26,395 nucleotides of DNA from Chthonomonadales bacterium (GTDB lineage: Bacteria > Armatimonadota > Chthonomonadetes > Chthonomonadales > Chthonomonadaceae), in assembly GCA_038217285.1 (NCBI GenBank), contig JBBQPO010000053.1:1-26395 (forward strand). Reading direction: 5' to 3'. Positions 6,274 to 18,025 of the stretch are shown in pieces. Made by a program: the position numbers and the translations under genes. How positions within the stretch are numbered: the stretch's first letter is position 1; every line of letters starts with the position of its first letter. The notes beneath the pieces were generated by a model, which was not told the origin of the DNA, searched no databases, and worked only from the letters and a program-made list of their open reading frames with translations.

Positions 6274-8522
6274 ACCGATCCGGTCTTCCGGGCGGGAACT
6301 GTCTTTCCTGGGTCGCCCTTGAACTGACGGAGGGCTTCCTGTAGGCGATGCAGGGCGTCTTCCGCCCGCTTCACCTCCTGCGGTGGAGCGATCCCTTTGC
6401 CGTAGTAGTAACGGTCATGGAGTTCGGTCAGTTCGGTCAGGGCGGCACCGGCTGCCGAAGCCGCCATCCGAGCGTGGATCATCGTCTCAAACTCGACCGT
6501 CGTCATGTTCGAAGGGCGGACCAGACCGCGTCGGGCGAACAGTTTGATGGCGGCGCTGTACGCGGCGAGGATCGCTGGATTTCGGGGTGGACGGGTGAGA
6601 CCTTTTCTGCCCGGCACTCTTCCAAAGGGCTTGATACGGTCGATCAACTCAGTTTTCACGAGATAGCCGACGAGCAGCACCAGGATCAGCTCGATCACTT
6701 TCGGACCCATGCCCTGCTTCCCCAGCCAGGCCAAGAGTGAGAGGCTCTTCTTCTTCGAGGGGTCGTTTCGGGCGGTGATGTCGGTCGCGCCTGCGGTAGC
6801 ATCGAACGTCACCCATCCGACATTCGGAAAAAAGACCTCCGTCCAGATATGGCGATGTTTGTCTTTCACGATATAGGTATGGGAGCTGGCCTCATCGCCG
6901 GGCAGGAACCCGAGCGCCATACGGGCTGGGATGCCAGCGTAGCGGCACATCATGGTCATGGCCGCGCCGAAGCTGTCGCAGTAGCCCATTTTGGACTCGG
7001 TTAGGAAATAGGCGACTCGATCGCGGTCGCTTGGCGCGGCAGGGGTATTCAGGTTGTACTTGCAGCTCGCACCGATGTTTTGCTGAATGGCCATGACCTT
7101 ATCATAGTTGTTTGTCAGGCCCCTGGTCCACTTAGCAGCCAGGTCCGCCAATACGGGGTTGCTGAACGTCCCGCGCTGGAGGTAGACGCGGGAAATTTCG
7201 TCAGGAATCTGACCTGCCGGAGCGGCGCGCAGTACGTCCGGGGAGGTGGACGGCGCCACCGAGACGACGTCGTACTCGGCATCCGCCTGTAGGGAGACGC
7301 TCGGGTTCAGTGCGCCCACATAGTCCGTCTGAATGTTGAGCGTCTTTATCTCCAGTTCTTTTATCCGGGCGGCTCCATAAATCTGCTTGGAGCCTACACC
7401 CAGTATTTTGAAGTGTTGACGGACCAGCCGACTGCCGTTCATTTTTCGCTCGTCCAGATCCCACCGACCAGGAGAGAGTTGGAAATGCCCCCGTGAGTCC
7501 TGGCTTGCATCCTGGGGCTTATTGGAGTAGCTTTCCAGATACGCCTGTTGTTGTGTCGTGCTCGAAAGGTGCTCGAACTTGGCGCTGTTCTGGAAACTGT
7601 GTCCGGTGTACTTATCAAAGGTTCCGGCGCGCCAGTAGAGGGGCTCGGCGCAATGAACTTCCAGTACCGGGCTATCCGTCGCTGTCACAGGACCGGAGGC
7701 GAGCTCATAGTTGTTTTGTTCGTTGCTGTTGAGGGCACCAGGCACGGACTTTGTGATCGCTCCCCGGATCGCACTTAACGTTCCCTGGGGGAAGAGCCGT
7801 TCGCCGAAGAACTGCATGGGAAGGACCGTCAAACGTGCCAGTATGATTGCGCCAAGAAAACAGCCGACTGCCAGGGCGAACTGGCTGCCGAAGAGGACGG
7901 ATCGCCTTTCCTCCCCCGACTTGCGGAGCGTATTCGCCTGGGTTCGCAGGTAGTTTTCGTGGATCAGCAGAAAGGTCGCCGCGCTAAAAAAGAGGAGGAA
8001 AGCGTTTTGGGCTTCGACCTCCGTTGTCGACGTGCTGACGAGTGCGATCAGCGTCATACCGGGGACGCAGGCGAAGAGCACCGCCGCATTGTTGGTCAAT
8101 GTGTAGGCGTGCAGAATCGCCACCCATGTCAGGGCGATCTGAAGGCTTCGTGAAGGCGAATCGCCACTGGTGGCACCGTGACTGAAGAGCAAGCTGAGCA
8201 GGAAGAAGAAGCCTAGCAGTGTCAGCAGCGGAACCTGCAGCCCACGCAGCGATATCCCGCGCACCCGCAGTATGTAACTCGCGCAATAGCCGCCGGTCGC
8301 CAGCAGGTACGTCAGGATGGCAAAGCCCGAGTCTTCAAGGCTGAAGTTGACGGCGTAGAGCGCGGACAGCGTGACGATGGCGCCTGCAAGATAGAGCCAG
8401 GGGCTGGCAGGGGCATCGCTATCGCTGCGGGTCGTGTCACCTCGCATCGAAACGGAAATGCGTGCTGTGTCGGCCGAGTCCTGTCTATCAGGCGCAGGCA
8501 GCGGTAGATTAGAGACGTTCAC
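6270..8522 (-). CDS. membrane-anchored transglutaminase-like protein (TgpA-like; DUF3488 + TGase + DUF4129-type)
   Basis: Multiple N-terminal TM helices, PLYWRAGTFDKY, and a Cys-His-Asp triad (GYCDSF / HIWTEV / GWVTFDAT), followed by a C-terminal TM and a basic domain. Confidence 0.9.
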   Translation of the reverse strand: MNVSNLPLPAPDRQDSADTARISVSMRGDTTRSDSDAPASPWLYLAGAIVTLSALYAVNFSLEDSGFAILTYLLATGGYCASYILRVRGISLRGLQVPLLTLLGFFFLLSLLFSHGATSGDSPSRSLQIALTWVAILHAYTLTNNAAVLFACVPGMTLIALVSTSTTEVEAQNAFLLFFSAATFLLIHENYLRTQANTLRKSGEERRSVLFGSQFALAVGCFLGAIILARLTVLPMQFFGERLFPQGTLSAIRGAITKSVPGALNSNEQNNYELASGPVTATDSPVLEVHCAEPLYWRAGTFDKYTGHSFQNSAKFEHLSSTTQQQAYLESYSNKPQDASQDSRGHFQLSPGRWDLDERKMNGSRLVRQHFKILGVGSKQIYGAARIKELEIKTLNIQTDYVGALNPSVSLQADAEYDVVSVAPSTSPDVLRAAPAGQIPDEISRVYLQRGTFSNPVLADLAAKWTRGLTNNYDKVMAIQQNIGASCKYNLNTPAAPSDRDRVAYFLTESKMGYCDSFGAAMTMMCRYAGIPARMALGFLPGDEASSHTYIVKDKHRHIWTEVFFPNVGWVTFDATAGATDITARNDPSKKKSLSLLAWLGKQGMGPKVIELILVLLVGYLVKTELIDRIKPFGRVPGRKGLTRPPRNPAILAAYSAAIKLFARRGLVRPSNMTTVEFETMIHARMAASAAGAALTELTELHDRYYYGKGIAPPQEVKRAEDALHRLQEALRQFKGDPGKTVPARKTGSV

Positions 8523-9747
8523 TGGAGATAGCCTCGATTCGTAGTTCCTGTTCCGCGTCTGCCCCCATCACCAGAGGATGAGCCCCAATGCTGAGCAGCT
8601 CCGCAAAAAAGGGTTCCCGCCCGACCGGTCGGCGGCGGGTGGTGTCGAACGTGCAGGGATCCAGATAGACGACCGCGACATCCGCGCCGGTCGCCGTATA
8701 GTGGGCGAGCGCCTCCGGCAAGCCCGGTTCGGTCTGCGAGGTCAAGACGACCAGGCGCGTCCCCGCCGTGAGCTCGCCAACCTGCCGCAGCAGTTCACGC
8801 ACCGGCATGACCGCGTCCGCCTCGACACGGGCCAGGACGTCCAGAAGCAGATGCAGGTGCTCCTGTCCCCGCCCAGTCAAGGTCGTGGGATAGCCCTGCA
8901 ACTGCGGAATGGAGGGCAGAAGGAGGCGTACTTCGGCACCCTGCTGAACGGCCTGCTGCGCCAGATTCGCCACCAGCCGAATCGCGTATTCCAGCGTGGT
9001 CTGCACGCCATTGCCGATATCCGTGCCGTGCATTAGATCGAGAACCAGCACAAGATGCTGAGAAAGTGTTTCCTCGTACTGGATCACCGTCAGGTTGCCT
9101 GTACGCGCCGTCTGTCGCCAGTGAATATGCCGCAGCGAGTCGCCTGCAGCGTAGGCGCGTACTCCGTCCGGTTCCACACTGGAGCCGCGGAGCATCGACG
9201 AAGTCGCCTCCTGCCAACCGTAGCGCTCCGCTCCCAGCGCAGGCAGACGCACCGGAGGGCCAGGCATGGGATAGACGATCAACTCCCCGGCGCTGTGTAC
9301 CCGGCGTGTAAACGCGAAGACGCCCAGCGGATCGATGGCCGTCACGTCGAAGCCTGTGGCGTGATAGACGCCGCGTCGCCGAAAGTGGATGGACTGCAAG
9401 ATACGCGTCGTGTCTTTCGCAGCGACGTTGAAGAGGACAGGCTCCTCCTGCAATGGCGCGATCCAGGCGGGAAACACCTCGCGAATGGAGAGAAAAAAAC
9501 GGGCGACGGGAGAGGGGTTCTCGATGATGTAGCAGACCTCGCTCTCCTCACCCGCCCAGGAATCGGAAGGCATCTCTCGCCGCAGCGTCAGGCCGTTCAG
9601 AGCGTACCATCCCAGCCCATAGGAGATCAGGGGCAGGGTCAGCAGAATGGCAGCCATATAGTAGAGATGACCGGCGTTCAACAGGCCTGCGACAACCAGC
9701 AGGCAGAGCGCACCGAATCCCAGGAATATCCATTTATGGTACTGCAC
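8509..9747 (-). CDS. DUF58 domain protein (vWA-like MoxR partner)
   Basis: N-terminal TMs, RRGVY, DPLGVF, VYP, GVRAYAAGDSLRHIHWRQTARTG, LVLD. Located directly downstream of moxR. Confidence 0.92.
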   Translation of the reverse strand: MQYHKWIFLGFGALCLLVVAGLLNAGHLYYMAAILLTLPLISYGLGWYALNGLTLRREMPSDSWAGEESEVCYIIENPSPVARFFLSIREVFPAWIAPLQEEPVLFNVAAKDTTRILQSIHFRRRGVYHATGFDVTAIDPLGVFAFTRRVHSAGELIVYPMPGPPVRLPALGAERYGWQEATSSMLRGSSVEPDGVRAYAAGDSLRHIHWRQTARTGNLTVIQYEETLSQHLVLVLDLMHGTDIGNGVQTTLEYAIRLVANLAQQAVQQGAEVRLLLPSIPQLQGYPTTLTGRGQEHLHLLLDVLARVEADAVMPVRELLRQVGELTAGTRLVVLTSQTEPGLPEALAHYTATGADVAVVYLDPCTFDTTRRRPVGREPFFAELLSIGAHPLVMGADAEQELRIEAISSERL

Positions 9748-9825
9748 GGTCTCACCTCCGTTCAGTGGAAACGGGCGAATTACATGGGTGGAGCTACTGT
9801 CCGACGTCCCAACAGGGCAAAAAGC

Positions 9826-10785
<960 letters not shown>

Positions 10786-10925
10786 GCAGTTCCTCATCGA
10801 GAAGCCGCCGGAGGCACGGTTCTCATTCGTTGGGGCTTGTTATAGGGTGACTCTATTCAATACGCCATTTATGCCCCGGAATACTGCCGAAATTATTGCT
10901 TTATCGAGAACGTGGAGACAAAAGG

Positions 10926-11825
10926 TCAGTCCGCAAAGTCCTGGGGAACCATGACTTGCAGGGCGCGGGGGCGGATTCCAAACGTCAGTGGGGTTTTTTC
11001 GGCGATCTCTCCGTCCACGGTTACCTTCTGAATAGGAGTTGTCGTGAGCGTTCCACCGGTGGTATGAAACGTGGGCACTTCCACGAGATCGACGTGATGC
11101 CCCCCAGGAAGGTGGAGCGCGAAGCGGACCAACTCCCAGCGACTGCGACTCGCCAACGCGTAGACAGTCAGGTTGCCGTTGGTGATGGCGGCGTCGGGCG
11201 CCAGGGGAAACGGTCCGGCGTGAAATCGACCGTTTCCGATCACGACCTGGATGGTATCGAATGCGAATGTGTGCTGCGGGGTGACCAGCTTGGCGTGAAA
11301 GGGGCGGAGGCGTCGGATGGCGCGCACCAGTGCGAACACGTAGACGAAGCGACCAAGCCTGCGTTTGGCATCGTTGGTCAGCTCCTGGGCGATCAGAGTC
11401 GTCAGCCCTGCCGTGGCGACGGTGAGAAAGTAGTCGCTGCCGGCGAACCCGACATCGACTCCGATAACCTTGCCGGATCCGATGACTTCACAGGCCGTCT
11501 CGACGTTGGCGCCTATGCAGAGATCGCGGGCGAACTGGTTGCCCGTTCCGAGCGGCAGCACCCCCAGCACCGACTTGCTTCCGATGAAGTGACGGGCCAC
11601 GGAGCCCAGAGTTCCGTCACCGCCACCGATAATGACCAGCGGCGTCTCGGCCTTGATAGCGTCCTTCACCGCCTGCACCATGCGTTTGGAGTCCGTGAAA
11701 GGCATCGCCTTTTCGATGACGATGCCATGTTTGGGCAGCGTCGCAATCACGTTGGGGTACCACTCCTGTCCGCGCCGTGATCTGGTATTGACAATAACGA
11801 CCGCTCGTTTCTGTTCCGCTTGCAT
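10926..11825 (-). CDS. diacylglycerol kinase family lipid kinase (YegS/Rv2252/BmrU)
   Basis: VNTRS, GGGDGT, LPLGTGNQFAR, GNGRFHAG, VDGE. ATG at 11825 is preferred over 11885. Confidence 0.92.
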   Translation of the reverse strand: MQAEQKRAVVIVNTRSRRGQEWYPNVIATLPKHGIVIEKAMPFTDSKRMVQAVKDAIKAETPLVIIGGGDGTLGSVARHFIGSKSVLGVLPLGTGNQFARDLCIGANVETACEVIGSGKVIGVDVGFAGSDYFLTVATAGLTTLIAQELTNDAKRRLGRFVYVFALVRAIRRLRPFHAKLVTPQHTFAFDTIQVVIGNGRFHAGPFPLAPDAAITNGNLTVYALASRSRWELVRFALHLPGGHHVDLVEVPTFHTTGGTLTTTPIQKVTVDGEIAEKTPLTFGIRPRALQVMVPQDFAD

Positions 11826-11960
11826 GCTCTTCCCTGTCCCTCGCTTCCCATGGCAATGGTTGATTCCACGTTCCATAGGAAACACGCAGCGGACGGTCGA
11901 AATGTTCCGCGAAGTTCGACGGCGACGGCGGAGCGAGCGACTTCCGGGCCTTGGGACGGC

Positions 11961-13094
11961 CTATTTGGTGTTGCGCAGCATCTGGCGCATTTCGGCCTGG
12001 TTGCCCGCAAACTGAATCGCCTCGTCGTGTGAGATGACTTTCGCCAGCGCCAGCTTTTCGAGAGCCTGATTCATCGTATTCATCCCGAAATGTCCGCCCT
12101 CGCGAATACAGTTATAGAGGTCGACGGTATCGCCGTCCTCGAGCTGCTTTTTGACCATCGGGGAAGCGGTCATGATCTCGACGGCGGGAATGCGTCCCTG
12201 GCCATTGGTCCGGTGTACCAGCCGCTGCGAAGTCACACAGAGCAGCGAAGCCGACAACTGCTGGCAGACTTGGCGCTTCATGTGCTGCGGGAAGCTGTTC
12301 ACGATCCGATCGACGGTCGCCGCCGCCGATGTGGTATGCAGCGTGGTGATGACAAGGTGACCGATCTCGGCCGCCATCATCGCGACATCCATCGTCTCTT
12401 TGTCGCGCAGCTCCCCGATGGCGATAACGTCCGGCGACTGCCGGGTGACGCTGCGCAGCGCCGCTGCAAATGACTGCGTGTCCTGACCGACCTCACGCTG
12501 ATGTACGACGCTCTTACGGTCTCGGAAGAGGTATTCGATCGGCTCTTCGATCGTGAAGATGTTGGCGTACTTGTGCCGATTGATCTCTTCGATCAACGCC
12601 GCGAGGGTGGTGGTCTTGCCGGAGCCGGTGGGGCCGGTGATGATGATGAGCCCCTGCGGCTCCAGTACCAATTTTTTGAGAACGGGCGGCAGCGTCAGCT
12701 CATCGATCGTGAAAGGATGCAGCGGTATAAGCCGCAGCGAGGCGCCCACGGTGCCGCGCTGCATGAAGAGGTTCGCGCGCACCCGTGCCAGGGAGGGGAT
12801 CGTAAAAACGAGGTCGACTTCCTGACGCTTTTCAAGCTCTTTCATTCGCGCTTCGGGATCGTCCATTTCCGCCCCGATGTCGTCGAGGTTGGGAGCCTGC
12901 AGCAGAGTATCGCGGGCAGAACTGAACATGATCTCGTAAGCGAGTTCCCGGGTAGCTTCCGCGCTGATGATGGGCAGTTCCGTCAGTTGCATTCGACCGT
13001 CTACACGCAGGGCCGGCACGGCACCGGCCTTGATAACGAGATCGGAAGCCTTATGTCGAATGGCGATTTCCAACAGTTCATGGATACTGTGCAT
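11961..13094 (-). CDS. PilT/PilU family type IV pilus retraction-type ATPase (divergent)
   Basis: ASDL, RVDG, RVRANLF, Walker A GPTGSGKTTT, TIEEPIEY, QREVG, GELRD, His box GHLVITTLH, SQRL, GMNTMNQ. ATG at 13094 with AAGGA SD. Confidence 0.92.
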   Translation of the reverse strand: MHSIHELLEIAIRHKASDLVIKAGAVPALRVDGRMQLTELPIISAEATRELAYEIMFSSARDTLLQAPNLDDIGAEMDDPEARMKELEKRQEVDLVFTIPSLARVRANLFMQRGTVGASLRLIPLHPFTIDELTLPPVLKKLVLEPQGLIIITGPTGSGKTTTLAALIEEINRHKYANIFTIEEPIEYLFRDRKSVVHQREVGQDTQSFAAALRSVTRQSPDVIAIGELRDKETMDVAMMAAEIGHLVITTLHTTSAAATVDRIVNSFPQHMKRQVCQQLSASLLCVTSQRLVHRTNGQGRIPAVEIMTASPMVKKQLEDGDTVDLYNCIREGGHFGMNTMNQALEKLALAKVISHDEAIQFAGNQAEMRQMLRNTK

Positions 13095-13465
13095 CGTAAA
13101 TCCTTCGGGGATCGATATGGGGAACCAAGAGGCGACGTAGAACACAAAAACATTGCCAACTGTTTGGACTGAACAGGTCGCCGGAATGTTCCCGGTCGCT
13201 GTCGTTTTCCGGACGCCACAGGTATTATAACCTACAATGCCAAGGAGGAGTTATGACAAATATCACACCGGTTTGTCTATTGTCCCAAAACACCGGTGCC
13301 TGCCTGTTGCGCGTGCGTTCCCTTCTTGACATTCCAGAACTATAAACGTTGCACCTATTTACGGTCCGAGGCCATCCATTTCAATTTACGGGAACGAAAG
13401 TTCGATCTCTTCCAGGTTCCAGAATACGCAGAGAGTAGACGAGTAAGAAGAGGAGGGCCGGGAAA

Positions 13466-14071
13466 ATGGCAACGGAAATTTCGGATTTGGAAGTCAGTCC
13501 AGAGGAGTATCTGGTGCGGGAGCGGCAGGCAGAGTACCGGCACGAATATGTTGCCGGGCAGATAGTCGCGATGTCGGGCGCAACGCGCAGACACAATCTC
13601 ATTTCGGTGAACATGACGCGTGAGATCAGTAACAGTTTGAAGGGACGTCCCTGCGAAGTCTATGCCGCCGATATGCGTGTGCGGCTGGAAGGGGCAAGGT
13701 TCTATACCTATCCCGATGTCGTGGCAGTGTGTGGTGAGCCACGGTTCGAAGATGGCGAACTCGACACCCTGTTGAATCCGACTGTGATCGTCGAGACGCT
13801 TTCGCCTACGACAGCAGCCTATGACCGGGGCGACAAGTTTGCCTACTATCGTCAGATCGCCTCCCTGCAGGACTATGTGTTGATTTCACAGGACAGAATG
13901 AGGGTAGAACATTATGTCCGAAACGGAGAGTTCTGGCTTTACAATGCGCTGGACGGTTCGGCGGAGGCGCTGTCTCTGGCTTCGATCAAATGTCAACTCC
14001 CACTCGCTGAGATCTACGACAAGGTCTCCTTTGATGCAGACGAGGAGCCGCCGATTTCGCGGCCTGAGTAA
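13466..14071 (+). CDS. Uma2 (DUF820) family putative endonuclease
   Basis: EEYL..E..AEYRHEYVAG.IVAMSG, YTYPDVV, NPTVIVETLSPTT..YDRGDKF..Y. GGAGG SD. Confidence 0.93.
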   Translation: MATEISDLEVSPEEYLVRERQAEYRHEYVAGQIVAMSGATRRHNLISVNMTREISNSLKGRPCEVYAADMRVRLEGARFYTYPDVVAVCGEPRFEDGELDTLLNPTVIVETLSPTTAAYDRGDKFAYYRQIASLQDYVLISQDRMRVEHYVRNGEFWLYNALDGSAEALSLASIKCQLPLAEIYDKVSFDADEEPPISRPE

Positions 14072-14075
14072 ACCG

Positions 14076-14111
14076 GAGACGTCCGGCCTCGACATGTGGG
14101 CCGGACGACTC
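14076..14111. terminator. GC-rich hairpin between convergent uma2 and leuA
   Basis: CGTCCGGCC (14080-14088) pairs with GGCCGGACG (14099-14107), extendable by GAG/CTC. There is no U-tract. Confidence 0.5.
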
Positions 14112-14133
14112 GAGGCATGTATGGAGCGGGGAC

Positions 14134-15681
14134 TCAGACGTGTTCGAGGGTCTGTTCCTGGGCTGCAGGCGTCATGCGGCTGACGAGCTTGTTCAAGGCA
14201 TGCACGTACGCTTTGCCGCTGGCAACGACGATGTCGGTATGCGCCCCGCGCCCCGTGTATATGTCGTTACCGCGCCGAATGCGGATGGTCACGTCGGCGA
14301 GGGCATCGATGCCCTGGGTCACGGCCTGAATATTGAATTCGATAAGGTCGTTTTCCACCCCCACGATACGGTTGATGGCACGGTAGACCGCATCCACCGG
14401 GCCGGTTCCGTGGCACGAGTCGATGAGTTCACGCCCCTGAGAATCACGGATGCTGACCGTCGCGGTCGGAACGAGTTTGTCGCCGCAGGAGACCTGCACG
14501 TGCAGGAGTTCGTAGGTCTGATGGACGGCGCTGGTTTCGTCCTGAACGATCTTTTCCAGGTCTTCATCGTAGACCTCTTTTTTGCGGTCGGCCACATCCA
14601 GGAAGCGCGTGTAGACTTTCTCGATCTGCTCGTCGGTAAAGGTGTAGCCGAGCACCTCCAGTCGGTGCAGCAGAGCATGACGCCCGGAACGTGCAGTCAG
14701 GACGATCTTGCTCTCATGGATACCGACATCTGCCGGATCGATGATCTCGTAGGTGGACCGCTCTTTCAACACGCCGTCCTGATGGATACCAGAGGAGTGC
14801 GCGAAGGCGTTGGCGCCGACGATGGCTTTGTTTGGCTGAACGAGAATACCTGTCGAGGCGCTCACCATGCGGCTGGTACGATAGAGTTCTTGCGTCACAA
14901 TGCCGGTTTCGCAGTCGTAGATGTCGCGGCGCGTCTTCATCGCCATCACGACCTCTTCCAGGCTGGTATTGCCGGCGCGCTCACCGATCCCGTTGATAGT
15001 GCATTCGATCTGCCGCGCGCCGTTGCGGACGCCCGCCAGCGAATTCGCCGTCGCCATGCCCAGGTCGTTGTGGCAGTGGACACTGATGACGGCCTTGTCG
15101 ATATTGGCGACATGCTCCATCACATAGGCGATCAGCGCCCCGTACTCTTCGGGCGTGGTGTAACCGGTCGTATCCGGAATGTTGATGATCCGCGCTCCGG
15201 CTTTGATAACCGCATCGATGACCTGGCACAGATAGTCACGGTCGGCCCGCCCCGAATCTTCCAGAAAATATTCGACCTCCGCCACATGGTTCCGCGCATG
15301 TTTCACGGCGGCGACTCCGCGCTCCATCGCCTGTTCCCGCGTCAGTCGAAACTTATGTTGTAAGTGGCTATCGGAGACGCCGAGCCCCGTATGGATACGG
15401 GGGTGTACCGCGTCTTTGAGGGCCTCCGCCGCCGAATCGATGTCCTTCTGCACGGCACGGGTCAGCCCGCAGACCGTGGCGTTCTTGATAAGGCGGCTGA
15501 TACCCTGTACGGCCTGAAAATCGCCCGGAGAGGAGATAGGAAACCCGGCCTCGATCACATCCACGCCAAGCCGTTCGAGCTGCCGCGCGATCTCGAGTTT
15601 CTCTTCCACATTGAGGGAAGCTCCCGGCGACTGTTCGCCGTCGCGCAGGGTGGTATCGAAGATGTAGATTCGGTTTGCCAT
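14134..15681 (-). CDS. leuA: 2-isopropylmalate synthase
   Basis: [36 protein letters not shown], and a C-terminal regulatory domain (GTGPVDA). Confidence 0.96.
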   Translation of the reverse strand: MANRIYIFDTTLRDGEQSPGASLNVEEKLEIARQLERLGVDVIEAGFPISSPGDFQAVQGISRLIKNATVCGLTRAVQKDIDSAAEALKDAVHPRIHTGLGVSDSHLQHKFRLTREQAMERGVAAVKHARNHVAEVEYFLEDSGRADRDYLCQVIDAVIKAGARIINIPDTTGYTTPEEYGALIAYVMEHVANIDKAVISVHCHNDLGMATANSLAGVRNGARQIECTINGIGERAGNTSLEEVVMAMKTRRDIYDCETGIVTQELYRTSRMVSASTGILVQPNKAIVGANAFAHSSGIHQDGVLKERSTYEIIDPADVGIHESKIVLTARSGRHALLHRLEVLGYTFTDEQIEKVYTRFLDVADRKKEVYDEDLEKIVQDETSAVHQTYELLHVQVSCGDKLVPTATVSIRDSQGRELIDSCHGTGPVDAVYRAINRIVGVENDLIEFNIQAVTQGIDALADVTIRIRRGNDIYTGRGAHTDIVVASGKAYVHALNKLVSRMTPAAQEQTLEHV

Positions 15682-15708
15682 GGACTTACTCCTCTCGCTT
15701 GCGGCGTT

Positions 15709-16788
<1,080 letters not shown>

Positions 16789-16847
16789 AACGTCTTTGTT
16801 CTCCTTCTTTCGTCTTGTGCGCGCCCTGTTGTTGGGATGTTGGCGCG

Positions 16848-17210
16848 TCACTTCACTTCTGGATTTGGTTCGTCCTGGGACGGAACAGTGGGCGTTCGAC
16901 GCAGCCAGACAGTGTAGCCGAAGCCGAGTGCGGCGCCTACCGCGACAAACAGGGCGAGGTTGATGCCCAGGCCCTTGACGCTGTCCAGGCCGTTCGCGTC
17001 GGTAAGGGCGTTGTAGACGCGCCAGAGCAGCCAGTTCAACGTTCCGAGCAGCCCGATCAGCAGGCCGGTGATCGTGTATTCGCGCAGGTGGTTACGCCGC
17101 CGTCCTAGGACGGTGCCGATAACCAGGCCAGCAATCGGACCGAGTATGGCCAGCATCAGAAACAGTCGCTCCACTGCCGCCAACTCTACAATCTCCCGCA
17201 ACTCGCCCAT
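16848..17210 (-). CDS. hypothetical membrane protein (3 predicted TM helices)
   Basis: Three hydrophobic segments with basic loops. GAAGGA SD. Co-directional within the ilv operon. Confidence 0.8.
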   Translation of the reverse strand: MGELREIVELAAVERLFLMLAILGPIAGLVIGTVLGRRRNHLREYTITGLLIGLLGTLNWLLWRVYNALTDANGLDSVKGLGINLALFVAVGAALGFGYTVWLRRTPTVPSQDEPNPEVK

Positions 17211-17398
17211 GACCAATCCTTCCGGCTAGCCGCCGTCGCGGCCGGTCAAGGGACGTCGTCCCTCACTACGCGCATTCGACAGGAAGCCCTTCAGGCACCC
17301 CAAATCCTTCTTTCCTCCGAAGGATTTCGCCGGGCCGTCCTCTGGACGAAGCGGCGTCAGAACCAGAGTCATCGTGCTTTGCGTAGACAGCATTCGGC

Positions 17399-17950
17399 TC
17401 AGTCGCCATCGCGACCGGAGCGGTTGGCCGTTTTCGCGCCGCGCGCCATGGCGATGATACCGGTACGAACGAGTTCACGGATGCCGTAAGACTCCAGCAG
17501 ATGCGTGATTTTGTCCAGCTTGTCGGTGCCGCCGGTGACTTCGACGATGAATGTCTTGTCGCTCATATCGATGATGCGGCCCCGGAAGATCTCGACGATC
17601 TGCATGATCTCACTGCGGTCTTTAGGCTCGGCATTGACCTTGATGAGCGCGAGTTCGCGTTCGACGGCCGCCGTTTCGGTGTAGTCCACGACCTTGATGA
17701 CTTCCACCAGTTTGTTGAGCTGCTTGGTGATCTGCTCCAGCACCCGGTGATCGCCGCCGACCACGATCGTCATGCGCGAGATCTCCTCTTTGTCGGTCAC
17801 GGAGACCGCCAGAGACTCGATGTTATAGCCTCTCCGGGCGAACAGCCCGGCGACGCGGGCCAGGACGCCGGCGTGGTTTTCCACCAGCGCCGTGATGGTG
17901 TGCTGCTGCTGCAACTGCGCCACTATGGAAGTACTCATCATGTTGGTCAT
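17399..17950 (-). CDS. ilvN: acetolactate synthase small (regulatory) subunit
   Basis: ACT domain LVENHAGVLARVAGLFARRGYNIESL, EQITKQLNKL, ERELALIKV, ELVRTG. Confidence 0.96.
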   Translation of the reverse strand: MTNMMSTSIVAQLQQQHTITALVENHAGVLARVAGLFARRGYNIESLAVSVTDKEEISRMTIVVGGDHRVLEQITKQLNKLVEVIKVVDYTETAAVERELALIKVNAEPKDRSEIMQIVEIFRGRIIDMSDKTFIVEVTGGTDKLDKITHLLESYGIRELVRTGIIAMARGAKTANRSGRDGD

Positions 17951-18025
17951 TCGTCTTTCTCCTCGTTCGCCACAAGCCGGGACGAAGCCCGCCCAGACGG
18001 TCCTGAAAAAACATGGGTTGGCTGC

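Noticed and set aside
17266-17478. 70-aa minus ORF, and c-di-AMP/c-di-GMP riboswitch, SRP or 6S identity for the ilvN downstream spacer
   Set aside because: The ORF overlaps ilvN with no SD. Only isolated words (GCAAAGC, UUUGGGGUG) match those RNA families, and the remaining consensus elements are missing.
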